From: Clostridiales bacterium UBA3678
GTDB taxonomy: Bacteria; Bacillota; Clostridia; TANB77; CAG-508
Direction: 5' to 3'
Length of the DNA stretch: 64,000 nt
Assembly (NCBI GenBank): GCA_002372935.1
Contig: DFJF01000005.1
Span: forward strand, 100,754-164,753
Shown here: positions 39,046 to 48,396 of the stretch, one piece after another
How the letters are laid out: every line of letters begins with the position of its first letter
Position numbering within the stretch: position 1 is the stretch's first letter
Program-made: the position numbers and the translations under genes
The notes under the pieces: generated by a model
Databases searched by the model: none
Told to the model about the DNA's origin: nothing
What the model saw: only the letters and a program-made list of their open reading frames with translations

Positions 39046-40353
39046 TCACACCAAAAATGGTAAAAATATTTTTGCAAAACTCAAAAATATGAAGAAGCCT
39101 AACACATCTGTAGCAGTTGTTAAAAAAATTGAAGATGATAATGCTGGATCAATATGTAGCTTATTTAAAATTAAAGGTATTAACAATCCCGAAAATCCTG
39201 CAACAACTAAATTTCCAATCATTGCAAGTAATATTATTAATCCTAGATACATATTTCCATATATTAAATAAACGACAATTGCTGTTATTATCCCAATTCC
39301 AGCTCCATCTATTATTCCCAATAAAATCTCTTTTCCAATTAAGTGCCAAGCATCTTTTAATTCTACTTTTCCCATTGCAATATTTCTTATTATAATTGCA
39401 ACTGTCTGTGTTCCTGCATTTCCTCCCATTCCAGTTACAATCGACATTATTGAAGATAATGCTACAACTTGAGATATTACATCTTCAAATGATTTTATTG
39501 TTAAAGATGCTAAAAATGCTGTAATAAGATTTACGAAAAGCCATGGAAGCCTTAGTTTTACTGACTCTAACAAACTGGTGTTTAAATTTTCTTCTTTTGC
39601 AACACCACCCATTTTTAAGACATCTTCTGTTTGCTCTTCTTCCATAACATCAAGAATATCATCAATTGTAATAATACCTAATAAGCCTTTATTCTTATTT
39701 AAAACTGGAATAACAGTTAAATCATATTTTGAAGCCATTAAAGCAACTTCCTCTTGATCGACTTCTGGCTCAACATATTTAAAATTCTTATCAGCAATAT
39801 TGTTTAAAACTTCATTTTCATCACTGCTAAGCATTGTTCTAATATCTATTGTTCCAATTAATTTTTTTGTTATATCTGTAACAAAAAATGTATCAATAAA
39901 TTCTGTTCTTGGCGAAATTATTTTCAATTTTTCAAAAGCCTCTTTTATAGTCAGTTTTCCACTTAGAGCTATATACTCAGTTGTCATAATTCCTCCAGCA
40001 CAATCATCTCTATATCCTAATAGTTGTTTAATAATTGCTCTGTCTCCGAATTTCATTAAATTCATCAATTCTTTAGTTCTTCCAACTTTTAGAATTCCAA
40101 GTATATCAACAATATCATCTTTTTGCATATGTTTGAATATACTCAATGCTTTTGAATCTGTTAAATAATCCATTATTCTTATTTGAGAATCTTCATCAGC
40201 TTGTTCTAATATCATAGCTAATTTTTCATTGTTTAAATTTTTGCATAATTTTTGTATTTGATTATCTTCATAATCACCTAAAGATTTAGCAATATCAATT
40301 AATTTGCTTTCATCTGTTAACTCTTCAACTTTAATTATTTTTTCTGAATCCAT
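39046..40353 (-). CDS. mgtE: magnesium transporter MgtE
   Basis: MgtE N-domain, CBS pair and 5-TM C-terminal domain (..GNAGTQT..). The start is placed at the ATG at 40353, after GGGGGAAAATAAG. Confidence 0.9.
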   Translation of the reverse strand: MDSEKIIKVEELTDESKLIDIAKSLGDYEDNQIQKLCKNLNNEKLAMILEQADEDSQIRIMDYLTDSKALSIFKHMQKDDIVDILGILKVGRTKELMNLMKFGDRAIIKQLLGYRDDCAGGIMTTEYIALSGKLTIKEAFEKLKIISPRTEFIDTFFVTDITKKLIGTIDIRTMLSSDENEVLNNIADKNFKYVEPEVDQEEVALMASKYDLTVIPVLNKNKGLLGIITIDDILDVMEEEQTEDVLKMGGVAKEENLNTSLLESVKLRLPWLFVNLITAFLASLTIKSFEDVISQVVALSSIMSIVTGMGGNAGTQTVAIIIRNIAMGKVELKDAWHLIGKEILLGIIDGAGIGIITAIVVYLIYGNMYLGLIILLAMIGNLVVAGFSGLLIPLILNKLHIDPALSSSIFLTTATDVLGFFIFLSFAKIFLPFLV

Positions 40354-40423
40354 CTTATTTTCCCCCATTTTTTATTATCAATTTTTTATAATAGTAAATT
40401 CAACATAAATTTACTATTATATA

Positions 40424-40602
40424 ACAAAAAATCAGTTAATAATTTATTAACAGATTTGAGAGAAAATATATAAAATTATTTTAACGGCAAAAAGATGAGC
40501 AATAGCCCACTTTTTTGAATTGTATTTTATATATTTTCACCCCGTTCGCGAGACTATCATCCATCTTTTTCACCTACCTTTTCTTTATTTTTTTACTTTT
40601 AC
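40424..40602 (-). promoter_or_regulatory. structured 5' leader of mgtE with terminator-like hairpin (riboswitch/attenuator candidate, class unassigned)
   Basis: A long hairpin spans 40486-40573 (GTGAAAAAGATGG..GATAGTC / GGCTATT..CATCTTTTTGCC) around the GC-rich core GTCTCGCGAACGGGGTG. It is followed by the hairpin 40431-40455 and a T6 run on the minus strand. Confidence 0.4.
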
Positions 40603-40608
40603 ATAAGT

Positions 40609-40637
40609 ATTATAACATAAATTATAAATTTCGACAA
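40609..40637 (-). promoter_or_regulatory. sigma-A type promoter of the mgtE leader
   Basis: The minus strand reads TTGTCG, a 17-nt spacer, then TATAAT. Confidence 0.5.
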
Positions 40638-40658
40638 TGGTTTTAAGATATTTTTTCT

Positions 40659-41159
40659 TCAATTATCGATATCTTTCCCTACTTTTGTAGCTTCATCTAT
40701 ATTTTCAATATAATCAGCCCATTCTAATGGCTTATTTCCTTTAAAAACAAATTTAGAATTTATAAAATAAAATACAAAATACAAAATTGTATCTGATATA
40801 CATTTCGCTACTGTTTTTGGTAAATATGTATTTTCATAAAATCTTGTTACAAGCCATGAAGATGCAAGCATTTGAATTACAATTACTATGTAAAACTTTA
40901 TAATTGCTGTACTTTTTAAATTTCTATTTTTAAAAGCCTTTTTGCTTAAAAAGAAATTGATTGTGCTTGATGTAAGTCTTGATATTATAGTTGCTACATA
41001 TATTGAGAATGTAGCATTAGTATTTCGTAATATTATTTCTGCAAATAATATAAATATTACAAAATCAGCAGTCATTGCTGTAAATGATGCTCCACAATAT
41101 AAGATAAATTCTTGTATTTTTTGTGGTAATTTTCCAAAAAAATTTATTAACTTCTTCAT
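40659..41159 (-). CDS. GtrA-family membrane protein
   Basis: 166 aa, 4 TM segments, GtrA-like pattern (..YCGASFTAMTADFVIFILF.. / ..YFINSKFVFK). Confidence 0.65.
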   Translation of the reverse strand: MKKLINFFGKLPQKIQEFILYCGASFTAMTADFVIFILFAEIILRNTNATFSIYVATIISRLTSSTINFFLSKKAFKNRNLKSTAIIKFYIVIVIQMLASSWLVTRFYENTYLPKTVAKCISDTILYFVFYFINSKFVFKGNKPLEWADYIENIDEATKVGKDIDN

Positions 41160-41180
41160 ATTACTACTTCCATATATTTT

Positions 41181-41705
41181 TTATTTTCCTTCAAATTCTA
41201 TTACTGTAGATATATCATAATTCTTTAATCTTTCTTTTCCTTTTAAATCTGGAAGATTAATTAAACAAACTACTTTCACTACTTTACCACCTAGGCGTTC
41301 AACTAATTTTATCATAGCTTCAAGGGTTCCTGCTGTAGCAATTAAATCATCTACAACAACAACTTTTTGTCCTGGCTTTATACTATCTTTATGTATTTCT
41401 AAAGTTGCCTTTCCATATTCTAAATCATATGATTCTGAAATAGTTTCATAAGGTAACTTTCCTTTTTTTCTAACTGGAACAAAAGCTTTATTCAAATTAT
41501 AAGCAATTGGCATTCCAAAAATAAATCCTCTAGATTCAGCTGCAGCAACAACATCAAAATCAATATTTTCTAAACTTTCTTGCATTTTGTCTATTGCTAA
41601 TTTTAGTGCATCTTTATCTTGCAATATTGTTGTTATATCTCTAAATATAATTCCTTTACTAGGAAAATCTGGTATGTTTCTTACATATTCTTTTAAATCT
41701 TTCAC
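41181..41705 (-). CDS. apt: adenine phosphoribosyltransferase
   Basis: 174 aa. IPDFPSKGIIFRDIT and the PRPP motif VVVVDDLIATAGT. Confidence 0.92.
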   Translation of the reverse strand: MKDLKEYVRNIPDFPSKGIIFRDITTILQDKDALKLAIDKMQESLENIDFDVVAAAESRGFIFGMPIAYNLNKAFVPVRKKGKLPYETISESYDLEYGKATLEIHKDSIKPGQKVVVVDDLIATAGTLEAMIKLVERLGGKVVKVVCLINLPDLKGKERLKNYDISTVIEFEGK

Positions 41706-41813
41706 TATTACAATTCCTCCATATTTTTACAATCTTTTTTATAGCCATATTATATATCTATTAATAACTAATATTCAAGAGAAAAATAATAATTTTTAAA
41801 ATATTTTTTATAT

Positions 41814-41859
41814 GTTACTAATCACAGCTATTTAATTTTATATAGCTGTGATTAGTAAC
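41814..41859. other. perfect 17-bp inverted repeat (hairpin) downstream of rpsU
   Basis: GTTACTAATCACAGCTA..TAGCTGTGATTAGTAAC. There is no T-tract after the stem on either strand, so a terminator role is uncertain. Confidence 0.3.
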
Positions 41860-41945
41860 AAAAATAAAGACTATTAGGCAAAATATTTATATATATCTTG
41901 TCAATAGTCTTAAAATATAGCTACTGCTATATTTATTTTTTATTG

Positions 41946-42116
41946 TTAAAATTTTCTTTTTCTAGCTGCCTCTGATTTTTTCTTTCTCCTTACACTAGGT
42001 TTTTCATAATGCTCTCTTTTGCGAACTTCTTGAAGAACTCCATTTCTAGCACATTGTCTTTTAAACCTTTTTAAAGCATCTTCTATATTACCATTATTAA
42101 CTTTTATCTCTGACAT
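41946..42116 (-). CDS. rpsU: 30S ribosomal protein S21
   Basis: [44 protein letters not shown].. The start is placed at the ATG at 42116, after GGAAGGGGGGAATGTTTA. Confidence 0.9.
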   Translation of the reverse strand: MSEIKVNNGNIEDALKRFKRQCARNGVLQEVRKREHYEKPSVRRKKKSEAARKRKF

Positions 42117-42237
42117 TAAACATTCCCCCCTTCCGGTCATACATATAATGTATGTGGGCTTTTTCTTTGAGGATTCCCAGCTAATACAAATATGTACATA
42201 ATTTTTGGGGACTTTCCTCTCCCTATTTACAAAATAT

Positions 42238-42267
42238 ATTATACTCCACTTATAAAGATCTTGTCAA
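42238..42267 (-). promoter_or_regulatory. sigma-A type promoter of rpsU
   Basis: The minus strand reads TTGACA, an 18-nt spacer, then TATAAT. Confidence 0.5.
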
Positions 42268-42414
42268 GCCAAAAATAAAAGTTTTTAAAATTACCTAACT
42301 GGGACATTGATGGTATATAAAATACTCTATTTACAATTATTATGATTACAAGGGCTATTAATGTTATACTTTTTTTATTATTCTACTAAAACCAATAATT
42401 TTTGTCAATAGACC

Positions 42415-42446
42415 TTTAAAAAAGAGATCTTTTAAAGACCTCTTTT
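42415..42446 (-). terminator. rho-independent terminator of hup
   Basis: The minus strand reads AAAGAGGTC-TTTAAAA-GATCTCTTT followed by TTT, starting 10 nt after the stop codon. Confidence 0.5.
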
Positions 42447-42455
42447 ATATATAAA

Positions 42456-42734
42456 TTATTTGTTGTTTACTAAATCTTTTAGTTGTTTACCAGCTCTAAA
42501 TACTGGAGCCTTTGATGCTGGTATTTTGATTTCTTCCTTAGTTTGTGGATTTCTACCTTTTCTAGCAGCTCTTTTTCTAACTTCGAAAGAACCAAATCCT
42601 ACTAATTGTACTTTTTCACCTTTCTTTAATGATTCTTTAATTGCTGATACAAAAGCGTCTACTGATGCTTCAGCAGCTTTTTTTGTGTCTCCTGTTTTAG
42701 CAGCTACTGCTGCTACTAATTCAGCTTTGTTCAT
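42456..42734 (-). CDS. hup: DNA-binding protein HU
   Basis: [52 protein letters not shown]. Confidence 0.95.
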   Translation of the reverse strand: MNKAELVAAVAAKTGDTKKAAEASVDAFVSAIKESLKKGEKVQLVGFGSFEVRKRAARKGRNPQTKEEIKIPASKAPVFRAGKQLKDLVNNK

Positions 42735-42871
42735 TTACATTACCTCCTATAAGATTTACGTTTTTATGTAAGTCAATATTAATGCACTTTTGCATCATAT
42801 TCCCTACTAATTTAACTATTCGCCAATCTTCGATAAAATCCCTCTTTTTTTGAAAAAAATATTAATTTTTT

Positions 42872-44419
42872 TTATTGTTTAGGCACTTTCACCAATTTTA
42901 AAAAACAGATTAAAATCAGATAAATTGCTATAGCTATTGATATTGTTAATATTGTAGCCATTTTATATAAAAATATTCTATTTAGAGCAAAAAATAAGTA
43001 TATTGATGATATTCCCATAACAAAAGTTGCTAGTATAGGTTTAAAAATCAATTCTTTTAAATTTATTTTTATTCTTATATATTTTCTTAATTCATAAAAT
43101 ACAATGGTGAAAACCACAAAATTACATACAATATTTCCAATTGCAGCACCATTTATTCCAAAATATTTTATCAAAACTATATTTGTAAAAAATTTAAAAA
43201 TCATCCCCACAAAAAAAGCAAACATAGGTATTTTATTTTTTCCTATACCTTGTAAGATTCCATTTACTGTTTGAGATATTAGTGCAAAAAATACTGATAT
43301 ACTATTTATTTTTAAAAGCATATCTCCATTACTTGCATTTGGAAATAATAAAATTAAAATCGGCTTAGCAAAAATTATTAATCCTACTGTAGATGGGAAT
43401 GCAATTAAAATTGTAACTTTCAAGAAAAAATTTATTTTCTTTTCTAATTGTTCAATATCATTTCTAGCTATTGATTTTGCAATAGTTGGAACCATTCCTG
43501 TAACAAATGGGACATTTAAAGAAATCGGAAGCAAACATAATGTATCAATTTTTCCGCTAAGCATTCCATATTGTATTTTTGCTTCATTTTCATCCATGTA
43601 TTTCTTTAAAATTCTTACTATAGTAAATAAATCAATATTTTTATTAAATGAAGACATCAATGCTGTTATTGAAATTGGAATTGATTCTTTTAATATTTTT
43701 TTCAATGTTTTCCTAACTCTTGTTGGAATGTAATTTACACTTTGAGATATATCTTGTGCAATTTCTTTTCTTCTTGATCTATAATATTCATATATATATA
43801 TAAAACTGGCACCAGTGGCTATAGTAGTTGCAAAATTAGCAATACCAGCCATTAAAACCGTATTGTTATTAGAAATATTTGCTATTATTTCTACAAATAA
43901 TATTGTAAAAATTGTTTTGCATATCTGCTCTATAGTTTGTGATCTTGCCATAACTGATAAATTTTGTCTTCCATTAAAATATCCCCTTAAAACAGATGTA
44001 ATTGATACAAAAAATATAGATGGAGAAAGCATTACTAAGCAATATTTGGCTTCAGGAATTTCTAACCACTTTGTCGCAATTGTTTCTGCTCCAACAAATA
44101 ATAAAATTGTTCCAATTAATCCAAAAAATGCAAATGTAAAAAAGGCTATTTTAAAAATTCTATGTGCTCCTTTATTATCTCCTATGGCAACTCTTTCTGA
44201 AACCAATTTTGCTATTGCATTAGGCACGCCTGTTGATGAGAAAGTTAATAATAATGCATATATCTGAAATCCACTACTATATATTGCATTTCCCTTATCT
44301 CCAAATCCTTCTTTATTTGTTAAATATAGTTTATATGCTAAACCCACAATTTTTATTAATACTTGTGAAAACAATAATGAAATAATTCCTTTTGCTATTG
44401 TTTCCTTTTTGTTTTTCAA
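42872..44419 (-). CDS. spoVB: SpoVB-type MOP-superfamily polysaccharide/lipid II flippase (stage V sporulation protein B-like)
   Basis: 515 aa, about 14 TM segments. N-terminal pattern ..GFGDKGNAIYSSGFQIYALLLTFSSTGVPNAIAKLVSE. Confidence 0.7.
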   Translation of the reverse strand: MKNKKETIAKGIISLLFSQVLIKIVGLAYKLYLTNKEGFGDKGNAIYSSGFQIYALLLTFSSTGVPNAIAKLVSERVAIGDNKGAHRIFKIAFFTFAFFGLIGTILLFVGAETIATKWLEIPEAKYCLVMLSPSIFFVSITSVLRGYFNGRQNLSVMARSQTIEQICKTIFTILFVEIIANISNNNTVLMAGIANFATTIATGASFIYIYEYYRSRRKEIAQDISQSVNYIPTRVRKTLKKILKESIPISITALMSSFNKNIDLFTIVRILKKYMDENEAKIQYGMLSGKIDTLCLLPISLNVPFVTGMVPTIAKSIARNDIEQLEKKINFFLKVTILIAFPSTVGLIIFAKPILILLFPNASNGDMLLKINSISVFFALISQTVNGILQGIGKNKIPMFAFFVGMIFKFFTNIVLIKYFGINGAAIGNIVCNFVVFTIVFYELRKYIRIKINLKELIFKPILATFVMGISSIYLFFALNRIFLYKMATILTISIAIAIYLILICFLKLVKVPKQ

Positions 44420-44468
44420 TATTTCCTCCTAATAATTTGCCGTTTAAGTACAAAATTTGCAAAATCCC

Positions 44469-44497
44469 TTGACAAATTAGCGTTTTTGTTATAAAAT
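44469..44497 (+). promoter_or_regulatory. sigma-A type promoter of rplM-rpsI
   Basis: TTGACA, a 17-nt spacer, then TAAAAT. Confidence 0.55.
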
Positions 44498-44523
44498 TAT
44501 TCAGTAATTAATTAGAATATGAA

Positions 44524-44561
44524 TTAAATATAAAACTTCTCCCCGGTGGTTTTAAATTTAA
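44524..44561 (+). promoter_or_regulatory. hairpin in the rplM 5' UTR (possible L13 autoregulatory leader)
   Basis: TTAAATATAAAAC pairs with GTTTTAAATTTAA. The loop TTCTCCCCGGTG contains a CTCC complementary to the GGAG of the RBS. Confidence 0.3.
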
Positions 44562-44606
44562 TTTTCATATAGATAAAATCAAATTTATAGGAGGGTATAT
44601 TTTACC

Positions 44607-45041
44607 ATGAACAATACTACATATAGTGTTAAAAAAAGTGAAATTGAAAGAAAATGGTATATAATTGATGCATCAAACAAACCTTTAGGTAGAGTTGCAA
44701 CAGAAGCAGCAAGATTACTTGCTGGTAAGCATAAACCAATTTATACTAAAAACATTGATACTGGTGATCATGTAATTATTATTAATTGCAAAGATGTTAA
44801 ATTAACAGGAAACAAATTAAATCAAAAAGTTTACAGACATCATTCTGGTTACATTGGTGGAATGAAAGAAATAGTTGCCAAAGATATGATGGAAAAAAAT
44901 CCTACAAAAGCTATGATGTTAGCAGTAAAAGGAATGTTACCACACAATTCTTTAGGTGCTCAAATGTTAAAAAAATTAAGAGTATATGCTGATGAAAATC
45001 ACGAAAATCAAGCTCAAAAACCAGAAATTTGGAATTTTTAA
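44607..45041 (+). CDS. rplM: 50S ribosomal protein L13
   Basis: ..KWYIIDASNKPLGRVATEAARLLAGKHKP.YT..DTGDHVIIIN. Confidence 0.95.
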   Translation: MNNTTYSVKKSEIERKWYIIDASNKPLGRVATEAARLLAGKHKPIYTKNIDTGDHVIIINCKDVKLTGNKLNQKVYRHHSGYIGGMKEIVAKDMMEKNPTKAMMLAVKGMLPHNSLGAQMLKKLRVYADENHENQAQKPEIWNF

Positions 45042-45061
45042 TAAGGAGGAAATAAAGTAAA

Positions 45062-45457
45062 ATGGCCGAAAAAATTTATTATTATGGTACAGGTAGAAGA
45101 AAAAATGCTATAGCCAGAGTTAGATTAACAGAAGGAACAGGAAAAATTACTATTAATGGAAAAGATATAGAAGATTTCTTTGGAATGGAAACTTTAAAAG
45201 TTATAGTTAAACAACCTTTAACAGTTACAAACTCAGTTACTAAATATGATGTCATAGTTAAAGTAACTGGTGGTGGTTTTACAGGTCAAGCTGGAGCTAT
45301 CCGTCATGGTATTGCTAGAGCATTAAATGAAGCAAATAGTGAATTTAGACCTATATTAAAATCTAATGGTTTCTTAACAAGAGATCCTAGAATGAAAGAA
45401 AGAAAGAAATATGGTCTTAAAAAAGCTAGAAAAGCACCACAATTTAGTAAGAGATAA
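45062..45457 (+). CDS. rpsI: 30S ribosomal protein S9
   Basis: ..[34 protein letters not shown]...LTRD.R..ERKKYGL+KARK.PQFSKR. Confidence 0.95.
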   Translation: MAEKIYYYGTGRRKNAIARVRLTEGTGKITINGKDIEDFFGMETLKVIVKQPLTVTNSVTKYDVIVKVTGGGFTGQAGAIRHGIARALNEANSEFRPILKSNGFLTRDPRMKERKKYGLKKARKAPQFSKR

Positions 45458-45493
45458 TTACAAGACGGATTTTATAAAATCCAAAATTGTTAC

Positions 45494-45536
45494 AGAAAAG
45501 CCAAGAACGTTGAAAATACTGGCTTTTCTTTTTTGT
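45494..45536 (+). terminator. rho-independent terminator of rplM-rpsI
   Basis: The stem AGAAAAGCCA..TGGCTTTTCT is followed by TTTTTTG. Confidence 0.75.
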
Positions 45537-45678
45537 TTTATATATTGGTGTATTGTTATGTGAGCCACCTTTTATAAATTCTGATAAATAGATAAATAAA
45601 TATAAATAATAAAAACTATCTTTAAAACAAAAAAATACTTAACCTTTTACAGTCAAGTATTAAAATTTGATGTTATTT

Positions 45679-47421
45679 TTAATTTTTCCTTCTACCAAAT
45701 AAGCTACCTTTTCTCTTTCTACTTTCGACAACTTCTTTGACGTCTTCTACTTTATTTTCATTTTTTTCATCATCATCTCTTATAATTATATTTTCATCAT
45801 TAAAATCATCATCATCTAGTTCTTCATCATCTTCATCAAAAAAGCCAAGTAACTCATCAATAGCTTTATCCATTTTATTTTCGTCTTCTATTTCTTCTTG
45901 ATTTTCATCATTATCATCATAATCTACATTATCTTTTTCAATTATATTTTCATTCTCCTCGTCATCTTCATCATTTTCTTCTGTATCTTCAAAATTTAGT
46001 TCCTCATCTTCTTCATCTATATCCCATACAAATTCCTCATTATCTGTATTAGAGGCTTCTTCTTCTATTTCTTCATCCTCTTTCACATTCTCTTTATTAT
46101 CTTCTGTAAGATTATCGTTTATTAAATCATTATCTTTTTCTGCAATATTTGTATTTTTTTCAACATTATCTGCTAGTTCATCATTTTCTTCTTCGATCTT
46201 TAGAATATCTTTATTTACATCACAAGCTATATTTAGAGGTTCATATTCTGTTAAATCTTTTTCATAATTTTCTGATAATATATCTTTAAAAGTATCATAT
46301 ATTCTCTGCATTCCTTCAATTCTCCAATAATCTGGATAAATTACTGAACCAATTATATTTAATTTGCTAACACTCTTTTCAAAAACTTTTTCTTCATCTT
46401 GCAAGTCAAATAGATATTCTAAGTGATATAAATCTTTATATGTCTTTTTTGAAGCCTTACCATTCATCTCTTTTAAGAGTAATGAATACATATTTTGTAT
46501 CTCTTTTAAATCACTTTTTAAATGTTCACATGCCTCACTCATAATTTTTTTATGTTCTTTTTCTCCACTCATAATGTTCATTCTTTCATTATCCAAAAAC
46601 AAAATTAAATAGTCATCTATAGCGTTCAAAAATTTTAATTTACTTTTAGCATCTTTAACAATTTTTTTATGTTTTTTTATATCCACTTCATCTTCTTTGA
46701 CTTCGGCAAGCAATTTATTTGTTTTATCATAAATTGATAATAAAATTCCTACTCTTTTTTCTGCAATATCTGTTGAGACATCAATAGCTTTAGATATTGC
46801 ATTATTGTCAAATTTTACTTTTTCCTTTTCTCCATTTTTTAAAATTTTTTGTTTAATGTTTTCTTTTTCCAATGTTTTATCTTGTAATTTTATAAAAGAT
46901 TTTATTTCTTTCAATTTTTCTTTATCTATATGGTTAAAATTATCTGTTGTGATATTTAGAGATCTTTGATAATCGCTCTCTACAATTTTTCTTTCACTAC
47001 CACATTTATTTCTAATTTCACTTTTTTCATTAAAATCTGTTATTTCTTCAACAAATTTTTTAATATTTTCCTTTGTTTCATTATTATTTTTATCAATTTC
47101 ACTCTGTACCTTTTCAAATTTACTATTTAATAATTCTTCATTTTCTTCTAAATTTTCAAATAATTCTTTTCTGCTGTCCATATATTTTAAAATTCTTTTA
47201 TTTAATATTTCTTGGTACTTTTGTGTTTCCCTTATTCTATTTGCTACTTTTTCAAATTCTTCCATTACATTGTTTTCTTTTTCAGATACTATTTGATAAT
47301 TCTCTATCTTCTCTATTAATTCAAAATAATTTTCGCTATTATTTTTTAAATTGTGAACTCTATCATATCCAAATAAGTTTATAAAATGTTTATCTATTAT
47401 AATAACATTTCTTTCATACAT
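45679..47421 (-). CDS. hypothetical coiled-coil protein with extremely acidic C-terminal region
   Basis: 580 aa. The N-terminal two thirds are K/E-rich and helical. The last ~170 aa are D/E/N-rich and end with the basic tail RKRKGSLFGRRKN. Confidence 0.5.
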   Translation of the reverse strand: MYERNVIIIDKHFINLFGYDRVHNLKNNSENYFELIEKIENYQIVSEKENNVMEEFEKVANRIRETQKYQEILNKRILKYMDSRKELFENLEENEELLNSKFEKVQSEIDKNNNETKENIKKFVEEITDFNEKSEIRNKCGSERKIVESDYQRSLNITTDNFNHIDKEKLKEIKSFIKLQDKTLEKENIKQKILKNGEKEKVKFDNNAISKAIDVSTDIAEKRVGILLSIYDKTNKLLAEVKEDEVDIKKHKKIVKDAKSKLKFLNAIDDYLILFLDNERMNIMSGEKEHKKIMSEACEHLKSDLKEIQNMYSLLLKEMNGKASKKTYKDLYHLEYLFDLQDEEKVFEKSVSKLNIIGSVIYPDYWRIEGMQRIYDTFKDILSENYEKDLTEYEPLNIACDVNKDILKIEEENDELADNVEKNTNIAEKDNDLINDNLTEDNKENVKEDEEIEEEASNTDNEEFVWDIDEEDEELNFEDTEENDEDDEENENIIEKDNVDYDDNDENQEEIEDENKMDKAIDELLGFFDEDDEELDDDDFNDENIIIRDDDEKNENKVEDVKEVVESRKRKGSLFGRRKN

Positions 47422-47439
47422 AGCTAATCCTCCTAAAAT

Positions 47440-48366
47440 TTAACTGCTTTTTCTTCTATCTATTATATAGCTACTTCCTAAAACATTTTTAACCGCATGT
47501 TTAATTTGAGCAGCAGTATCACCTATCTCTAAGATATTTGTAAACCTATTTTTGTCAGCAACTACAGCTGCTATAGAAATAGCTGTTAATGGAAATTTTT
47601 CTATAATACCTCTTCTGTTTGCAACCTCAATATAACCTTTTTTGGCATCTTCTTTTGTAAAGAAGCTTTTAATCTTATTTTCAAATCTTGCAATTATTCT
47701 TTGGCATAAATCTTCAATCTCTATTCCAGACACAATAGCAATAAAATCATCTCCTCCTACATGTCCAACAAATCCACCAATTTCAAACTTTTTTACTTCA
47801 TCTGTAAGAATGTCAGCAGTAAACTGAATTATTTTATCTCCTTTTAAAAATCCATACACATCATTATATGCTTTAAAATTGTCTAAATCAACATAGAGCA
47901 CTGAAAATTCTTCTTCTTTTGATATTCTTTTCTTTAATTCTGAATGAATTTGAACATTTCCTGGTAATCCAGTTAAAGGACTAACTGTTCTGTTTGTTTT
48001 TAACAATCTAGTCAAATTTTTTACTGTGTAATACAAGTATCCTTCATCAACAGGTTTTTTTATAAAATATTCAACAGATTCATTTAAAATTCTCATCCTA
48101 TGGCTTCTAGATCCATTTGAAGATACAACTATTACTGGAGTTATCATATTATCTTCATCTTTTCTGATTTTTGCACATAATTCTATTACATTCCTATCTA
48201 TTGCATCTTCATTTATAACTATTAACGATGGTATACTTTTTAATGCTAAGTCTATTTGCTCTGTTTTTACGCTTATAAATTTATAATCTGGATCATCTCT
48301 AAATAATTCTTTAAATATTATAATAGATGATTCATCATCATCTATTATATATACTTCATTAACCAT
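47440..48366 (-). CDS. receiver-like domain + GGDEF-family domain protein (GGDDF variant)
   Basis: The N-terminal CheY-like fold (VYIIDDDESSIIIFKELF..) has an atypical acceptor region (LIVINEDAI). The C-terminal part reads PLTGLPGN...YVDLDNFKAYND.YGF.KGD...GHVGGDDFIAIV. Confidence 0.7.
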   Translation of the reverse strand: MVNEVYIIDDDESSIIIFKELFRDDPDYKFISVKTEQIDLALKSIPSLIVINEDAIDRNVIELCAKIRKDEDNMITPVIVVSSNGSRSHRMRILNESVEYFIKKPVDEGYLYYTVKNLTRLLKTNRTVSPLTGLPGNVQIHSELKKRISKEEEFSVLYVDLDNFKAYNDVYGFLKGDKIIQFTADILTDEVKKFEIGGFVGHVGGDDFIAIVSGIEIEDLCQRIIARFENKIKSFFTKEDAKKGYIEVANRRGIIEKFPLTAISIAAVVADKNRFTNILEIGDTAAQIKHAVKNVLGSSYIIDRRKSS

Positions 48367-48396
48367 CTTTTGCTCCTTTATCTATTTGTTTTTTAA

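Noticed and set aside
40369-40658. Expected canonical M-box riboswitch upstream of mgtE
   Set aside because: I could not find the conserved M-box strings (GUUAGGUGAGGC.., GACGCC.AUGGGUCAACAG, GCUAAA.CUC.ACG) or enough length for its helices. It is kept only as an unassigned structured leader.
42117-42237. Possible autoregulatory leader upstream of rpsU (AGGGAGAGGAAAGTCCCC, CATACAT-TAT-ATGTATG hairpin next to the RBS)
   Set aside because: There are only short local hairpins. I know of no established S21 leader motif to compare with, and cannot support it from the sequence alone.
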